A DNA stretch of 64,000 bases from Nitrospirota bacterium (GCA_963710375.1 CAVPZX010000002.1:832001-896000); one strand, 5' to 3'; shown: positions 9,815-20,375, counted from the first letter of the stretch. Notes: generated by a model from the letters alone, not told the origin. Numbers and translations: made by a program.

Positions 9815-10468
9815 GTGAATGATTTGGACATACAAATTGAGGTGACAGATTCAGATAACCCATCCCCGAAACCTCCAGTTCAACCTTCTGATGATGTCAA
9901 GGCACTCATACGAACAAAATTCCGGGATATTGCCCTTATGGCTCTACCCTTAATTGGGTTACCCAATCCCGCATTTAAGAATTATAAACTGCGGTTTGAA
10001 ATAGAGAGTACAATAAATCCTGGCAATGATCGAGGTCCTTTTACATTTGTGCCTGTTGATACAACTGTAGTAATTCTTCTCCCCGATTACAAATGTATAA
10101 ACTATAGCGAGGAGTCCTGGGATTTCAAGAATACTCTTCATCAGCTTGCTCATGAATGTGTGCACGCCTTTGGCCCGCCTCTTCGCATACCGTTGACTAT
10201 TTTAGAAGAAGGCATGGCTGCTTATTTTTCAGATTATTATGCTCAGAGTCTCTCGATTAATTTAAGACAGCATCCTTGTAGCAATCATGAAAAAGCAAAG
10301 TATGCTGTTCGGGATCTATTGGACATGAAAGCTACAGTAATTACAGAACTACGTATTAACAATCCCCAGCTGCGCATTTCACAAATAACTGAAGATATGC
10401 TGCGTAACGCTTGCCCAAGCATAACAGATTCTTTAGCTCAACTCTTGGCAAGTGAATTTAAAAAGTAA
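9815..10468 (+). CDS. hypothetical HExxH metallopeptidase-like protein
   Basis: QLAHECVH followed by LEEGMAAYFS (gluzincin-like). Confidence 0.55.
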   Translation: MNDLDIQIEVTDSDNPSPKPPVQPSDDVKALIRTKFRDIALMALPLIGLPNPAFKNYKLRFEIESTINPGNDRGPFTFVPVDTTVVILLPDYKCINYSEESWDFKNTLHQLAHECVHAFGPPLRIPLTILEEGMAAYFSDYYAQSLSINLRQHPCSNHEKAKYAVRDLLDMKATVITELRINNPQLRISQITEDMLRNACPSITDSLAQLLASEFKK

Positions 10469-10677
10469 AGAACAGTGTTCGATCTTATTTACATTTAAAG
10501 AGAAAGAATAGCTATATGCAACATCTGCTCATATATTATACTATTGTGTCGTAAAGCAATTAGTCCGGCCTACTTACATAAATTGCTGAAACTGGCATCA
10601 AATTTGTTCTTCACCGTGCTATGCGTAAAATCACGCAAGGACCGAGACTGAAGATTCACAGTAAAAACAAATGTATG

Positions 10678-10745
10678 ATGCGGAACTGAGCGGCTCCCGA
10701 CGAGGAGTCTGTTCGAAATACGTCCGCTGGATTAGCGGGTTAGAT
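10678..10745 (-). other. degenerate attC-like site downstream of the HEPN gene
   Basis: Minus strand ATCTAAC overlapping the stop, then CCGCTAATCCAGCGGAC...GCCGCTCAG; distal GTTRRRY not conserved. Confidence 0.5.
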
Positions 10746-12176
10746 CGGTTTCTCGATTGAGTTTTGTAGTTTTTTGATTGGGAAACCGATTGAGTAGTAA
10801 TCAATGTAATCATCACTCCCGTTGGTTATGCAAAGTAAAACCCTATGACATAATACCTTAAGTAGTTTTACTTCTTTTATTAAATCGATATAGTCCTGTT
10901 CTTTTGTCATTGAACCATGAGCAGCTCGATTTCTTTGTTTCCAAGCGAGAGATTCAATATTACTAAGCTGAAGATTCAATGCACCCAGAAATTCTTCCGT
11001 TAGTACACTCTGGGGTTTTTGATTAAGCGAAGCTATCTTGTTGTTTATTATTTTAAGAAGATCCCCGTTTATACTTTTACTTCTAACAACTTCCAATATA
11101 TCCTTTTGTAAAGATTCCCACGCTGTTTTCTCAAGCACTGAAGTTTTGAATAAAGAGCCATTTGCTGCGACAAATGCGTTTTGTATAGCTTCAAATGTTG
11201 CTCCAAAATGAACTGCTGCGATATGGATAGGAGCAGAAACAGAATGCCAATAAAGCCAGCCTACATGACCAAGATTGTAGTCATCATATTTTTTATAGAA
11301 GGCATTTACCATTCGAGAGAATTTTTCTCTGTTTAGTTCGTTCCCGAATTTCTCATACAAGGGAGACGGAGGTAGAGTAAGCAATTTGAAGGCCTTTCCA
11401 TCAATGGTATAAGCACTTATTGATTTAAAGGAAACTAATTGCCATTTACTGTTGAAAATGGAATGCCCCAGATGAATAAATGGACGGCCAAAAGCAAATG
11501 ATAAAGCCAATCTGATCTTTGACCTTATTTCCTCAGAAGGAGTTCCATTATAAATAACAAACCCTGGCATTTTTTCGTCGCTGACAGCAACCTTATTGCA
11601 AACACCAAAATATAATTCCTGGCCATCAACGCTAATGTTTACACATTTCCAAGAGAAAGAACTTGTTTTTTCAGATGACGTAAGCAGCAACGAACTTCCG
11701 TTTTTGCAAAAAATTCTATTTGATAATACTTCAACTTCTTCATCCAGTGAATCCGGCCAAATATAATAGCTGTCATCTACATTTACTAACCATTCGATTA
11801 GATATTGACCCTCAGACAGATTTGTCACTATGCACTCAAGATTTTGTATTGATGCCTTTTCATGTCGGTAACATGTACCTGTTTCATTCATAGACCTTGA
11901 GTTGGTCAACGGCTGAACGCCATATGCAATTGCCTTTATACCAGATTTATTTTCAAATTCAATTGAGTCGATGTTTGATCGAACCGTTCCTGGTGGATAG
12001 TTAACGGAACAAGTTGTCGTATCATGGTTAGACACAGTGTCAATAAAGATATTTAAATCTTCATCCCTTTTTATCGTGAATTTATTGACCGGCGAATATA
12101 GAGACCCGGCCTTTGTTAATGAAAAAAGACCTTCATTTAAAAAGCTATCAAATATCTCCCATTTCCAAACAACCAT
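10740..12176 (-). CDS. HEPN-domain protein (ApeA-like), candidate defence RNase
   Basis: C-terminal RNRAAH (RxxxxH) motif in helical context; low GC. Confidence 0.6.
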   Translation of the reverse strand: MVVWKWEIFDSFLNEGLFSLTKAGSLYSPVNKFTIKRDEDLNIFIDTVSNHDTTTCSVNYPPGTVRSNIDSIEFENKSGIKAIAYGVQPLTNSRSMNETGTCYRHEKASIQNLECIVTNLSEGQYLIEWLVNVDDSYYIWPDSLDEEVEVLSNRIFCKNGSSLLLTSSEKTSSFSWKCVNISVDGQELYFGVCNKVAVSDEKMPGFVIYNGTPSEEIRSKIRLALSFAFGRPFIHLGHSIFNSKWQLVSFKSISAYTIDGKAFKLLTLPPSPLYEKFGNELNREKFSRMVNAFYKKYDDYNLGHVGWLYWHSVSAPIHIAAVHFGATFEAIQNAFVAANGSLFKTSVLEKTAWESLQKDILEVVRSKSINGDLLKIINNKIASLNQKPQSVLTEEFLGALNLQLSNIESLAWKQRNRAAHGSMTKEQDYIDLIKEVKLLKVLCHRVLLCITNGSDDYIDYYSIGFPIKKLQNSIEKPI

Positions 12177-12192
12177 CTTATGTTTCCCTATA

Positions 12193-12216
12193 ATCTAACG
12201 CTGCGCTGAGCGGCCC
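12193..12216 (-). other. attC 3' half with core site upstream of the HEPN gene
   Basis: Minus strand GCCGCTCAGCGCAGC-GTTAGAT, 16 bp before the ATG. Confidence 0.55.
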
Positions 12217-12529
12217 CGGAAGTGGAGTGCGTTCCCGTGCATAGTTCACCCTCTGCAGTGAGGAGACGGAACACGTAATTATATAGTTTCTGCTCATCTC
12301 CGCAAATTCTATCATAGCCACTCAGAATTTTAACAGATTTTGATAAGCCAATAGCTCCCAAGCCTAACCCCGCCGATATTATGAACATCGGCAAATAAAT
12401 ATATCTGCTCAGGCCAAAATTGGGAGTTCTGCGGTGACATCTTCAGGTGATAGAGGAACTCATTATCTCCCAATCTCGAAATCCTTCTGGACTTTTTTGC
12501 CCTATTCTCCTAAACTCTGAATATGCTGT

Positions 12530-12865
12530 TTGCAGATGACAGTATACCCTACCGCAACTATAACGGAGAACTGGAGGGTGCACTTCTTGGCGTCAGACAT
12601 TATGGCCTCATACGCAGGCATTGCGCTGGGCATGTCGATTCTTTATGTATTTATTAAATGGGTGAAGCTCCGCCATATTTATTTCACCATGCTTTACCTG
12701 GCCGGCACTGCACTTTCTTCCGTTGGCGGCCTTTTCCTTGCATGGCCGTTGACCCATCATATAATTCTCCCGATGCTCATCGCCGCCCTCTGCTGGAGCG
12801 GACTTTGCTTGCGTCTTTTTGTACAACATAAGTCGCAAACAGCCACGCTTTCGCTTCGGGGTTGA
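12530..12865 (+). CDS. small membrane hypothetical protein (possibly a fragment)
   Basis: Three hydrophobic segments; start uncertain. Confidence 0.35.
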   Translation: MQMTVYPTATITENWRVHFLASDIMASYAGIALGMSILYVFIKWVKLRHIYFTMLYLAGTALSSVGGLFLAWPLTHHIILPMLIAALCWSGLCLRLFVQHKSQTATLSLRG

Positions 12866-12958
12866 GCTCCAACTCGCTAACGACGCCGAATGTTATCGGC
12901 TCTTCGTATTTGTAATATCTTGCCAAGCATTCATAAACGAACTCTGTCCCGTCTGACC

Positions 12959-13429
12959 TTACAAAGGCCGCACCTTCCCAGCCGACGCCATTGACACGAG
13001 TTCGCCAGCTTCCCGAAGCAATTCCGTATCTCCAAGTTTCCGGCGCAGTAGCGCGATTTTCATAAGCACCTGCTCAGGATGAGTTGCAGACGCATATTCT
13101 GCTGTCTGCGTCAGTAGATCAATTTTGCCTCGGAGATCTTTGTCCGATTTAATACTCTCCAAGATGTAATCATTTGCCCGGCTGAGAAATCTCAGTGCCC
13201 TGAGTTTCCGCTCTTGGCGTTCCGATAATTTGCCTGGATCGCTGTGAAGCGTCCACTTGCAGCCTGTCTGTTTCTCCAGTTTCTCGATTCGCTTTTTTGC
13301 TATTTTTTCTGCTGTGTCGGATCGAAAAGTTTTGATCCTCATCAAGCGGATTGGCCTATTGCTGACCGTTCTTGGATCGACATTGTTTGCTATGCCTAAA
13401 AACTTATATGTCTTTTCTTTCCTGGTCAT
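12959..13429 (-). CDS. hypothetical protein
   Basis: 156 aa, RBS GGAGGGTGG, co-oriented with the tns genes. Confidence 0.6.
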   Translation of the reverse strand: MTRKEKTYKFLGIANNVDPRTVSNRPIRLMRIKTFRSDTAEKIAKKRIEKLEKQTGCKWTLHSDPGKLSERQERKLRALRFLSRANDYILESIKSDKDLRGKIDLLTQTAEYASATHPEQVLMKIALLRRKLGDTELLREAGELVSMASAGKVRPL

Positions 13430-13458
13430 TTATTTCCACCCTCCATTGTTCATCACCG

Positions 13459-13701
13459 TTAGAGTTCCTCCTTCGCTACCTTATAGGCCTTTTTAATCAT
13501 GGTCCGTGTTATCATTTCATTAGGCTCAATGCCCTGCACATCAAATATCTCATCACCTACAACCTGTATCTTTGTGATATCCTCGCCTATCCTTTTACAA
13601 CCGGCTTTGTGCAAAGCATTCAGGAACTTCTTTTTCGTCGGTTCATCCAACTTATTGTAAAGCCACTCAAAATACCGGAAGTCCTCTTTTTTGATGTACA
13701 T
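13459..13701 (-). CDS. hypothetical protein
   Basis: 80 aa, RBS AAGGGG, co-oriented with the tns genes. Confidence 0.55.
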   Translation of the reverse strand: MYIKKEDFRYFEWLYNKLDEPTKKKFLNALHKAGCKRIGEDITKIQVVGDEIFDVQGIEPNEMITRTMIKKAYKVAKEEL

Positions 13702-13734
13702 AATTTCCCCCTTGTTTGTGGTTCCGTAGGACAG

Positions 13735-14295
13735 TTATAAAGATGCCCCATCTCTGATAGCGGCAAGGATAACATCAACATCTTTAGCCCCCTCATCAGT
13801 CTTAAGCATCTCCAGCGGGCTCTTCCCCTGAAAGGAAAAGTGGGGAGCCAAAAGCCACTTGCGGGCATTCTCCGCACCGCCCAGAACCTCGACAGCAAGA
13901 GCGTATGTCTCCGTCAAGCGGTATGGTCTTATGGCAAAACATTCATCACACAGCGTCCTGAGCCATTCATGAAATTTACCCTCGTTGAGCGTCCTTCTCT
14001 GTCCGGGCTTTCCGCAATCCTCACATGTTACAGACGCTCTTTCGGCAGCGGTGGCGATTAGTTCAGCAATAGCGTTATTTTCGCCAGCCACATAAACCAT
14101 CAAGTCGCCAAACTTTTCCTTGACCTGCTCTACTTTGAATCTGGTAAGCGCGGAACTCTTTACAACTTCATCAATCTTTACAAATAAATCCTCAAGGATA
14201 GGCAGCCAGCCGTCACCGCACGAAAAGCCGATTGGCCTGAGAAAATCATACTTATTCTGTAGATTATGCCTGCGTTTTTCTTGTATTTCACCCAT
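13735..14295 (-). CDS. Zn-finger-like hypothetical domain fused to an Xre/MbcA/ParS C-terminal domain
   Basis: N-terminal CGDGW...QVKEKFG...CEDCG...CDEC; C-terminal VLGGAENARKWLLAPHFSFQGKSPLEML. Confidence 0.6.
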   Translation of the reverse strand: MGEIQEKRRHNLQNKYDFLRPIGFSCGDGWLPILEDLFVKIDEVVKSSALTRFKVEQVKEKFGDLMVYVAGENNAIAELIATAAERASVTCEDCGKPGQRRTLNEGKFHEWLRTLCDECFAIRPYRLTETYALAVEVLGGAENARKWLLAPHFSFQGKSPLEMLKTDEGAKDVDVILAAIRDGASL

Positions 14296-14316
14296 TCCGT
14301 TCTCCTTTGGTTAATC

Positions 14317-15712
14317 TTATTTCTGGTTATCAATCCCTACTAACCTTGACCTCTTAATTACTTCCCTGCAGATTCTACTGCACGCGATCCGCTCATCTTC
14401 TTTATTACCAACTATCCCTATGCCTTTGATATCGAAAGCAACCAGTCTTTGTGTTGGCCTTATCCCCTGCTGCATCAGCATCACCGCACTCTGATGATAT
14501 AAGTCGCACTTATCCGCAAATCTCCGCATTTTCCCAGAGTGTCTATGTGCCTGGAAGCGCTGGTTCATTCTCTTGGCGATATCCCCGAACCTATTGAAAA
14601 GAGTACGACGGTTAACCCCGAGTTTCTCTGCTGCCGTGGCTACGCTGATCGGCGGGTTTTCATTAGACAGCATTTCCAGTTGACGCTTAATCAATTCTCT
14701 GTCGAGTTTCTGAGTCTTCCTTGTGCGGGTTGATATTTGGGCTACGGTATGCGTGGCAATGATCTCTGTCCCCTCAAATGTGGTGTTCGTACCCAACATG
14801 ACATCAGCTATGGAAGATCGACATGCGAACGACATTTCAACCATCTGTGGGAAACTCGGGATGAATTTACCATTCATCCATCCATGTAACGTATTTTTCT
14901 TAATCCCCAACAGTTTTCCCAAAAGTGCCGCATTACCTCCGGTAAAATGCTGCGCGGCACTTTTAAGGAACTCAGAAATTCCTACTATGCCCCTATGACT
15001 TTTAGGCTTTAGTCTTTCTATATCACCTAACATAACGACGATAAGCTGCGCTCTTTTTACTTCATCCTCTGAGGCGCTTTCTATCAATTCTTCATAATTT
15101 TCTGTCAAGGAGTATCCGCACGAGCCACAAAACCCCGACAGGTGTTTAACATGCCGTGTAGACAGAGGCGATGACCCGTTACACCTGCATTGGCTTACCA
15201 ACTTAATCCCGTGTTTTGGGCATGCTTCGATAGCAGCTATCTCCCATAAAAGCTGTCCGTAGGCTCGCCCTTCTTGAGCCGCCTCAGAAAGACATATGGG
15301 GCACCATTTCTTTGTACTACTCATAAGCCGCTGCACGTTCATATATGGCCTCAAAGGAACAAGCGTTAAATCAATGAGACCTTGCTGCCCTGTAAGTTCA
15401 CTCAGGATATTCGCCCACGTTTCAGGAACAGAAGCTGATACCATTAAATAGCGGGAGTTTCCAGATCGTGAAAGCATCGTCGCTTTGGCGTGCATTACCG
15501 TCTTTTATCCTTGGGATTATTAGCTCCCTTGCCAAAGTCTTCGGAGAAACATGGTGGAGATGGGCGAGCCCCAGGTAGTAGCTGCTAAGACTTTCCCTGT
15601 ATGGTGTACCTAAACCCATTGGCCTTAGCGATGCCAACAGCGACCTTGGAGGGATCCGGGCATCCGGATCAACTCCCACCAACGGATAATCGTCCACACA
15701 TTCCACGTTCAT
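14317..15712 (-). CDS. tniQ: TniQ/TnsD target selector, about 464 aa (1-nt frameshift near 15436)
   Basis: ESLSSYYLGLA N-terminus in one frame; WCPICL...ACPKH...CGSCG zinc motif and C-terminal HTHs in the next; directly follows tnsC. Confidence 0.82.
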
Positions 15713-16746
15713 CAGGCCGCCTTCTTATCTGTAGTTGGTTTGAAATTAAACTTCCCGGTTCCGTAAACAGCCTTTGCTATATCCACCTCGCCCTTCAATG
15801 TCTCTTCAAGGATGGCCACAATCTGTCCTTCAGTGAGAAGAGCCTTGGAAAGACAGGCATCGGTCCATTTGCCCCCATTTCTCAGAGCGAATGTCAGTGC
15901 CCTTTGAAGGGTTTCTTTCAAAGTTCCCACGCATCCGATGCAGGAATCCATCAACTCGTTGGACATTTCTGTCAGGTCTGGTACTCCACTTAGGGGCAAG
16001 TATTTCTGCAATTTATCGACGCTTTTCTTGAAAACCTTTTCATCCTCGGCGTTTCCCCGGCAATACCTCTGGAAGTGGACAATAGCGGTCCGTCGTGCAA
16101 CCTGACCGCTTAAGCACATCAGCTGATAAAGATCGTAGGAACCGATCAGCGCCAGAGTTAGTGTAACTCCATCAAGTAGAGTTAAAGACTTTAAGGCATC
16201 CATATGTGCGGCTAACACAGCGCCTTTAGCGTTCCTGATCAAGTGAACCGCTTCGTCGATAATTAGCAGGATTGTGTGTCGATATCTCAACGCGTCTTCA
16301 ACAGCCATTCTAAGTCCAGCCACTGTGCTCCCTGTCGTAACATGACTAACCGACATACGGCCATCCTGTAGCCTGAATTCCTGTTTCTTGTCTATAAGCG
16401 GTTCAATAAGGGCGGTCCCGATTTTGATATAAAAAATACGCCATGAGAATTTATTCTCACCGGAAGACGGTGCGGTGATCATGACTACTGGAATAAAACT
16501 CAGATCTTTCGCCATTTGCGCCTGATGCAATTTAACTATACGCTCCATAAGCGATACGCTCAACGTTGACTTGCCCGCTCCAGTCGGGCCGACCAGAAGC
16601 GCAATATCTGTCCCGGACCCCGGCAAGACCATTGTCTCAAGGTCATCTAGAATAGTGCCTACCCTTGGATGTTTCACCCGCACCTGATGGAAGTAGGCAA
16701 GCTTTTCGTCGTCCGAGAGCAACATTGCCTGTTCGGGCGTCATAGT
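15712..16746 (-). CDS. tnsC: TnsC/TniB AAA+ ATPase
   Basis: GPTGAGKS Walker A, LLIIDE Walker B, QVARR, GCVGTLKE; start moved to the MTMTPEQ ATG downstream of tnsAB. Confidence 0.88.
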   Translation of the reverse strand, partial: TMTPEQAMLLSDDEKLAYFHQVRVKHPRVGTILDDLETMVLPGSGTDIALLVGPTGAGKSTLSVSLMERIVKLHQAQMAKDLSFIPVVMITAPSSGENKFSWRIFYIKIGTALIEPLIDKKQEFRLQDGRMSVSHVTTGSTVAGLRMAVEDALRYRHTILLIIDEAVHLIRNAKGAVLAAHMDALKSLTLLDGVTLTLALIGSYDLYQLMCLSGQVARRTAIVHFQRYCRGNAEDEKVFKKSVDKLQKYLPLSGVPDLTEMSNELMDSCIGCVGTLKETLQRALTFALRNGGKWTDACLSKALLTEGQIVAILEETLKGEVDIAKAVYGTGKFNFKPTTDKKAA

Positions 16747-16759
16747 CATTGGATTGATC

Positions 16760-19519
16760 TCAGAATAGTTCGTATTCTTCCTCCTCAATAGTAGCCATGG
16801 ATTCATTGATCGATGGCGATAAAGTATCTATCGGTAAAACCGAAGGCGGAATCATGGGGGCACTTGTCGAATCAATCTGAGTCTGAGGAGATGTCATTCC
16901 CAGTCTCTCGTATACAAACCGTGCCTCACTCTGCTGTTCCTTCAGACGGGGGTCGAAATTCCTTGCATCCAGAACCTTCATCCATTCTGCTATCCGTTCA
17001 GGAGACAAGTCTTTTTTCTTAATATTATTTTCTTTCGCCAATTCTTCAAAGGCATAGCGCAGTTCTATAACGGTATATTGGCGAAGCCGCCACTTCAATT
17101 TCGACTCGCATTGATGCCATTGACCATTGACCAGCGCATATATATATCGGACATCCCAGGGATCGATGCGGATATCGATGGGCTTTTTATGCAGGTTGAC
17201 GCCCCTGAAGGCATTGGTCCAATACCAAATATGGTTGATCTTGACGCCGCGCTGACCATCGACTATGCGTGTTCCACCAGCTTCAGGAGCCGGGCATGTT
17301 TCAATCAGGAACCTGCGGTCGTATCTGACAATACGATGGAGGCGCATGCCGGTCTCGGCCATTCGTGATACGAAATGCTTCACAGGTTCTTCGCCATGCG
17401 CCGAATGATTTTCAGTTCCATAGAGATTATCGAAATAATAATCAAGAGCGCCATGCAGTGCCGGCAGCGTCCATTCAACAAAGTTTTTCGGATTCACGGA
17501 TTTAGTGACCGTGCGAACATACTTCATGAGTTGGGTATTTCCGCTCAGATTATGGATAAGCTGCGATTGAGTCGTCCCGAATAGACGCTCCATTACAGAG
17601 CCGTGGCGCGGCTGGCCTGCCGGACGATACCTGATGCTGCACCCATAAAGTCTGCAAACACGTTTGAACTCACGAGACTTGAATTCCTTGCCATTATCGA
17701 CGACGAGCATATCCGGCATGCGGCCATGTCTACGGACAATATCGCGCAGAACCATCATGCAGGACCTATAACTCGGCGGCTCAAAGGACAGATAAAAGCC
17801 AACCACTCTGCGAGATTCGGCGTCAATTGCTAAAGAAAGCCATGCATGCCACGTTGACTTCAATACATTGGGCGAGCAGAGCAGTATGTCCAGAGGTGTA
17901 TGATCGATATGCACATACTGAAATGGCCTGACACCATGTATGGGCTCGTTGAGCTTCAGATACCAGACGATGGGTTGTGTCTGGTAAAAGACTCGTTTGC
18001 CTCTGCGCTTGCGAACAGACGTAAGTTTATCAACCTCTTTGTTGAATGTTTTTGCCGAACAAGGCTCAAGACCTGCAGTCTGGCATGCATCCACTAACTT
18101 TTTGTACGCCATGCCTTTGTTAATATTGGTGGCATTATTGAAGTCTTCTCTAACAATTAGAGCTATCAGATCGATTAGTTCCTTCGGGATTTTCCGCTCC
18201 CGGTTTCCGCTTTTTATAAGTTGGGGAACAAGTGCCAGATGCTGGTCAATGACACTGTCACCCGCGTCTCTCACTGCTTTCTTGTACCTGTGCAACGTGC
18301 TTCTCGACACTGTTACCAGCTCCGGCGCGAAATTTGAAAATTCGAGCTGTCGCGCCCTTGCGAGCGCTTTATCCATATATTCCGGCGATACGCAAGCTAT
18401 TGATTCATCATCACTCGAATCAGGATGCACAGACGATCTGACGTTAAGCTTTCCGGCGGCATACTGTTTTTCCAATACTTCCAGCGAAATCTCAGTGGTA
18501 CCGTCATCTGCCGAGAGCATCACGGAATTCTGACCGACAAGAGCAATCCTGTAGGTTTTGCCATCATAATCGACTTCAGTCCCAACTTCAAACGATACGT
18601 CAAGGCGGCATTCCTCATTAATAACTCCGGAATGTTCAATCCGCTGATAAAAGGCAAGCATGGTTTGATCGCGATAAACACGCGCCCTATACGTTTCGGC
18701 GATATCATCATTCATAAGGTCGAAAGCTATGTGCCCGTCGGCAATTGCTTTGTAAATATCGTCAGCCGTAACTACAAAACCGCCAGCACCAGTAATTGGG
18801 TCTTCTATTGCATCACCAGGAATCCCGTAGTTACATTCAGCCGTTTGTAATAGGTCCATAATGGTAAGCACGGCCTTTTCGGTGAGAATGCTCTGTAGAA
18901 TATTAATTTTCTGCTGTTCTACAGGCGGGCAGTCCTGAGAGAAGTAGTCCGACAGGAATTCAAGGTTCCTAACAAACTGATGTGGATGCTCATTCGCTGA
19001 CCGGAGGCGGTAGGTTATTCCCATCTCGGCAAGATGTTCCTCTGCCAAAGGGAAATGCCATCCGTCATCTCCCTTAATGTATCTGCCAGGATAATCCTTA
19101 GCGAGCTTTTCGAGCCGTTTTTCCTGCCGCCATTCCTCTATGAGTATCTGGTCAGCCATAATAATAAGGAAATCCGGAAAATGTTGTACCCGTGACGATT
19201 GCTTCCTCCCGTCAGCAGTTATAAGGTCAAGTTCGCAGGGTTGAGGGTAGTACTCAATTACCAAAGGATTATGCTCGTATTGAATCGCTGCCGGGAATTC
19301 GCCAGTTCTGCTTTCCGTACCAACAGCTCGGCCCATTTTCCGGCTTGAGTACCAAGTAATCACATTGCCGGAATTCGATTGGATATCCCTGACTGGCGCT
19401 TCTCTCCTAGCCTTCTCCACTAATCGACGCCCGGCCAATGGAGTACCCAGTCGATCAAATAAAGCATTCAATTCTATGGAGTTCATTATCATTCTCTTTC
19501 CCTCAAGCTTCGGTGGCAT
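16760..19519 (-). CDS. fused TnsA-TnsB transposase
   Basis: N-terminal TnsA nuclease (ESxxE...YYPQP...FPDF); C-terminal DDE (HIDHT, VVDNG, VMER) and Mu-transposase C-terminus (IDPWDVRYIY). Confidence 0.88.
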   Translation of the reverse strand: MPPKLEGKRMIMNSIELNALFDRLGTPLAGRRLVEKARREAPVRDIQSNSGNVITWYSSRKMGRAVGTESRTGEFPAAIQYEHNPLVIEYYPQPCELDLITADGRKQSSRVQHFPDFLIIMADQILIEEWRQEKRLEKLAKDYPGRYIKGDDGWHFPLAEEHLAEMGITYRLRSANEHPHQFVRNLEFLSDYFSQDCPPVEQQKINILQSILTEKAVLTIMDLLQTAECNYGIPGDAIEDPITGAGGFVVTADDIYKAIADGHIAFDLMNDDIAETYRARVYRDQTMLAFYQRIEHSGVINEECRLDVSFEVGTEVDYDGKTYRIALVGQNSVMLSADDGTTEISLEVLEKQYAAGKLNVRSSVHPDSSDDESIACVSPEYMDKALARARQLEFSNFAPELVTVSRSTLHRYKKAVRDAGDSVIDQHLALVPQLIKSGNRERKIPKELIDLIALIVREDFNNATNINKGMAYKKLVDACQTAGLEPCSAKTFNKEVDKLTSVRKRRGKRVFYQTQPIVWYLKLNEPIHGVRPFQYVHIDHTPLDILLCSPNVLKSTWHAWLSLAIDAESRRVVGFYLSFEPPSYRSCMMVLRDIVRRHGRMPDMLVVDNGKEFKSREFKRVCRLYGCSIRYRPAGQPRHGSVMERLFGTTQSQLIHNLSGNTQLMKYVRTVTKSVNPKNFVEWTLPALHGALDYYFDNLYGTENHSAHGEEPVKHFVSRMAETGMRLHRIVRYDRRFLIETCPAPEAGGTRIVDGQRGVKINHIWYWTNAFRGVNLHKKPIDIRIDPWDVRYIYALVNGQWHQCESKLKWRLRQYTVIELRYAFEELAKENNIKKKDLSPERIAEWMKVLDARNFDPRLKEQQSEARFVYERLGMTSPQTQIDSTSAPMIPPSVLPIDTLSPSINESMATIEEEEYELF

Positions 19520-19527
19520 GTTGTTTA

Positions 19528-19650
19528 GTTAGGTTTATCTAACTGTACTTACAAAGTTAAAAACCTTATTTAACAGAATCATATCATCGTTAGAAATATC
19601 TAACACAATTATTTACTTGACTGTCAAGAGTAAAGTAAGATATTATTTAC
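19528..19650. promoter_or_regulatory. operator array in the divergent tnsAB/repressor promoter region
   Basis: GTTAG-N6-CTAAC at 19528-19543 and 19589-19604; degenerate GTAAG-N6-TTTAC at 19635-19650. Confidence 0.6.
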
Positions 19651-19652
19651 AT

Positions 19653-20276
19653 ATGACAGTCGGTGCCTATATGAAGAATAAGAGGATGCATCTCGGGATG
19701 TCCTTGCGAGAGGCGGCCAAATCGGCAGGTATATCACATGTGCATGTTAAAGATATAGAGGCTGATAAAATAAAGCCGAGCTTTGAAAAGGTTGTGAATC
19801 TTCTCCGGGCCTATAGTGCCGACATTCAGGAGTTCTTAGAACAAATAGGGTATTTACCTCAAAATGTTGAGTCAGCGTCTATTGGAAAATTGAATTCTGT
19901 ACCGATTATCTCGTTGGTGACTGCTGGTAGTTGGAATGAGGCCTGCGAGGTATTTGAACCGGGCGAAGCGGATGAATGGGTATCTTCAGATTATAAGGGA
20001 CAAAACATTTTTGCAGTAAGAGTCAAAGGCGATTCCATGGAGCCAGAGTTTACCGAGGGGGACATTATTATTTTGGACCCTCATATGAAGCCCAATCCTG
20101 GTGATTATGTGATTGTAAGAAACGATGAAGGTGAAGCAACGCTCAAGCAGTTTAAACAGTATGGGCAAACCAAAGTGTTGCATCCTCTGAATCCAAAGTA
20201 TGACGATATCGAATTAAAGCATGGCCATCAGTATGTGATTGTTGGGAGGGTTGTGGAGAAGAAAAAGAAGTATTGA
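19653..20276 (+). CDS. XRE-HTH plus S24 peptidase repressor (CI/LexA-like)
   Basis: HTH, VTAG cleavage-site-like motif, VKGDSMEP catalytic Ser, ATLKQF catalytic Lys. Confidence 0.9.
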   Translation: MTVGAYMKNKRMHLGMSLREAAKSAGISHVHVKDIEADKIKPSFEKVVNLLRAYSADIQEFLEQIGYLPQNVESASIGKLNSVPIISLVTAGSWNEACEVFEPGEADEWVSSDYKGQNIFAVRVKGDSMEPEFTEGDIIILDPHMKPNPGDYVIVRNDEGEATLKQFKQYGQTKVLHPLNPKYDDIELKHGHQYVIVGRVVEKKKKY

Positions 20277-20375
20277 ATTAGGAGGGTAATATTTCATATA
20301 AGAATCGAATAAATTATGACACGAATAAATTATACACTTGACAAACTATACCGATAAATTTATAGGATTACAATT

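Noticed and set aside
12820..12900. Additional attC site
   Set aside because: A weak hairpin with GTTGTAC/GATAAC boxes that do not fit the consensus well enough.
19653..20276. Prophage
   Set aside because: No structural, terminase or phage integrase genes around the CI-like repressor.
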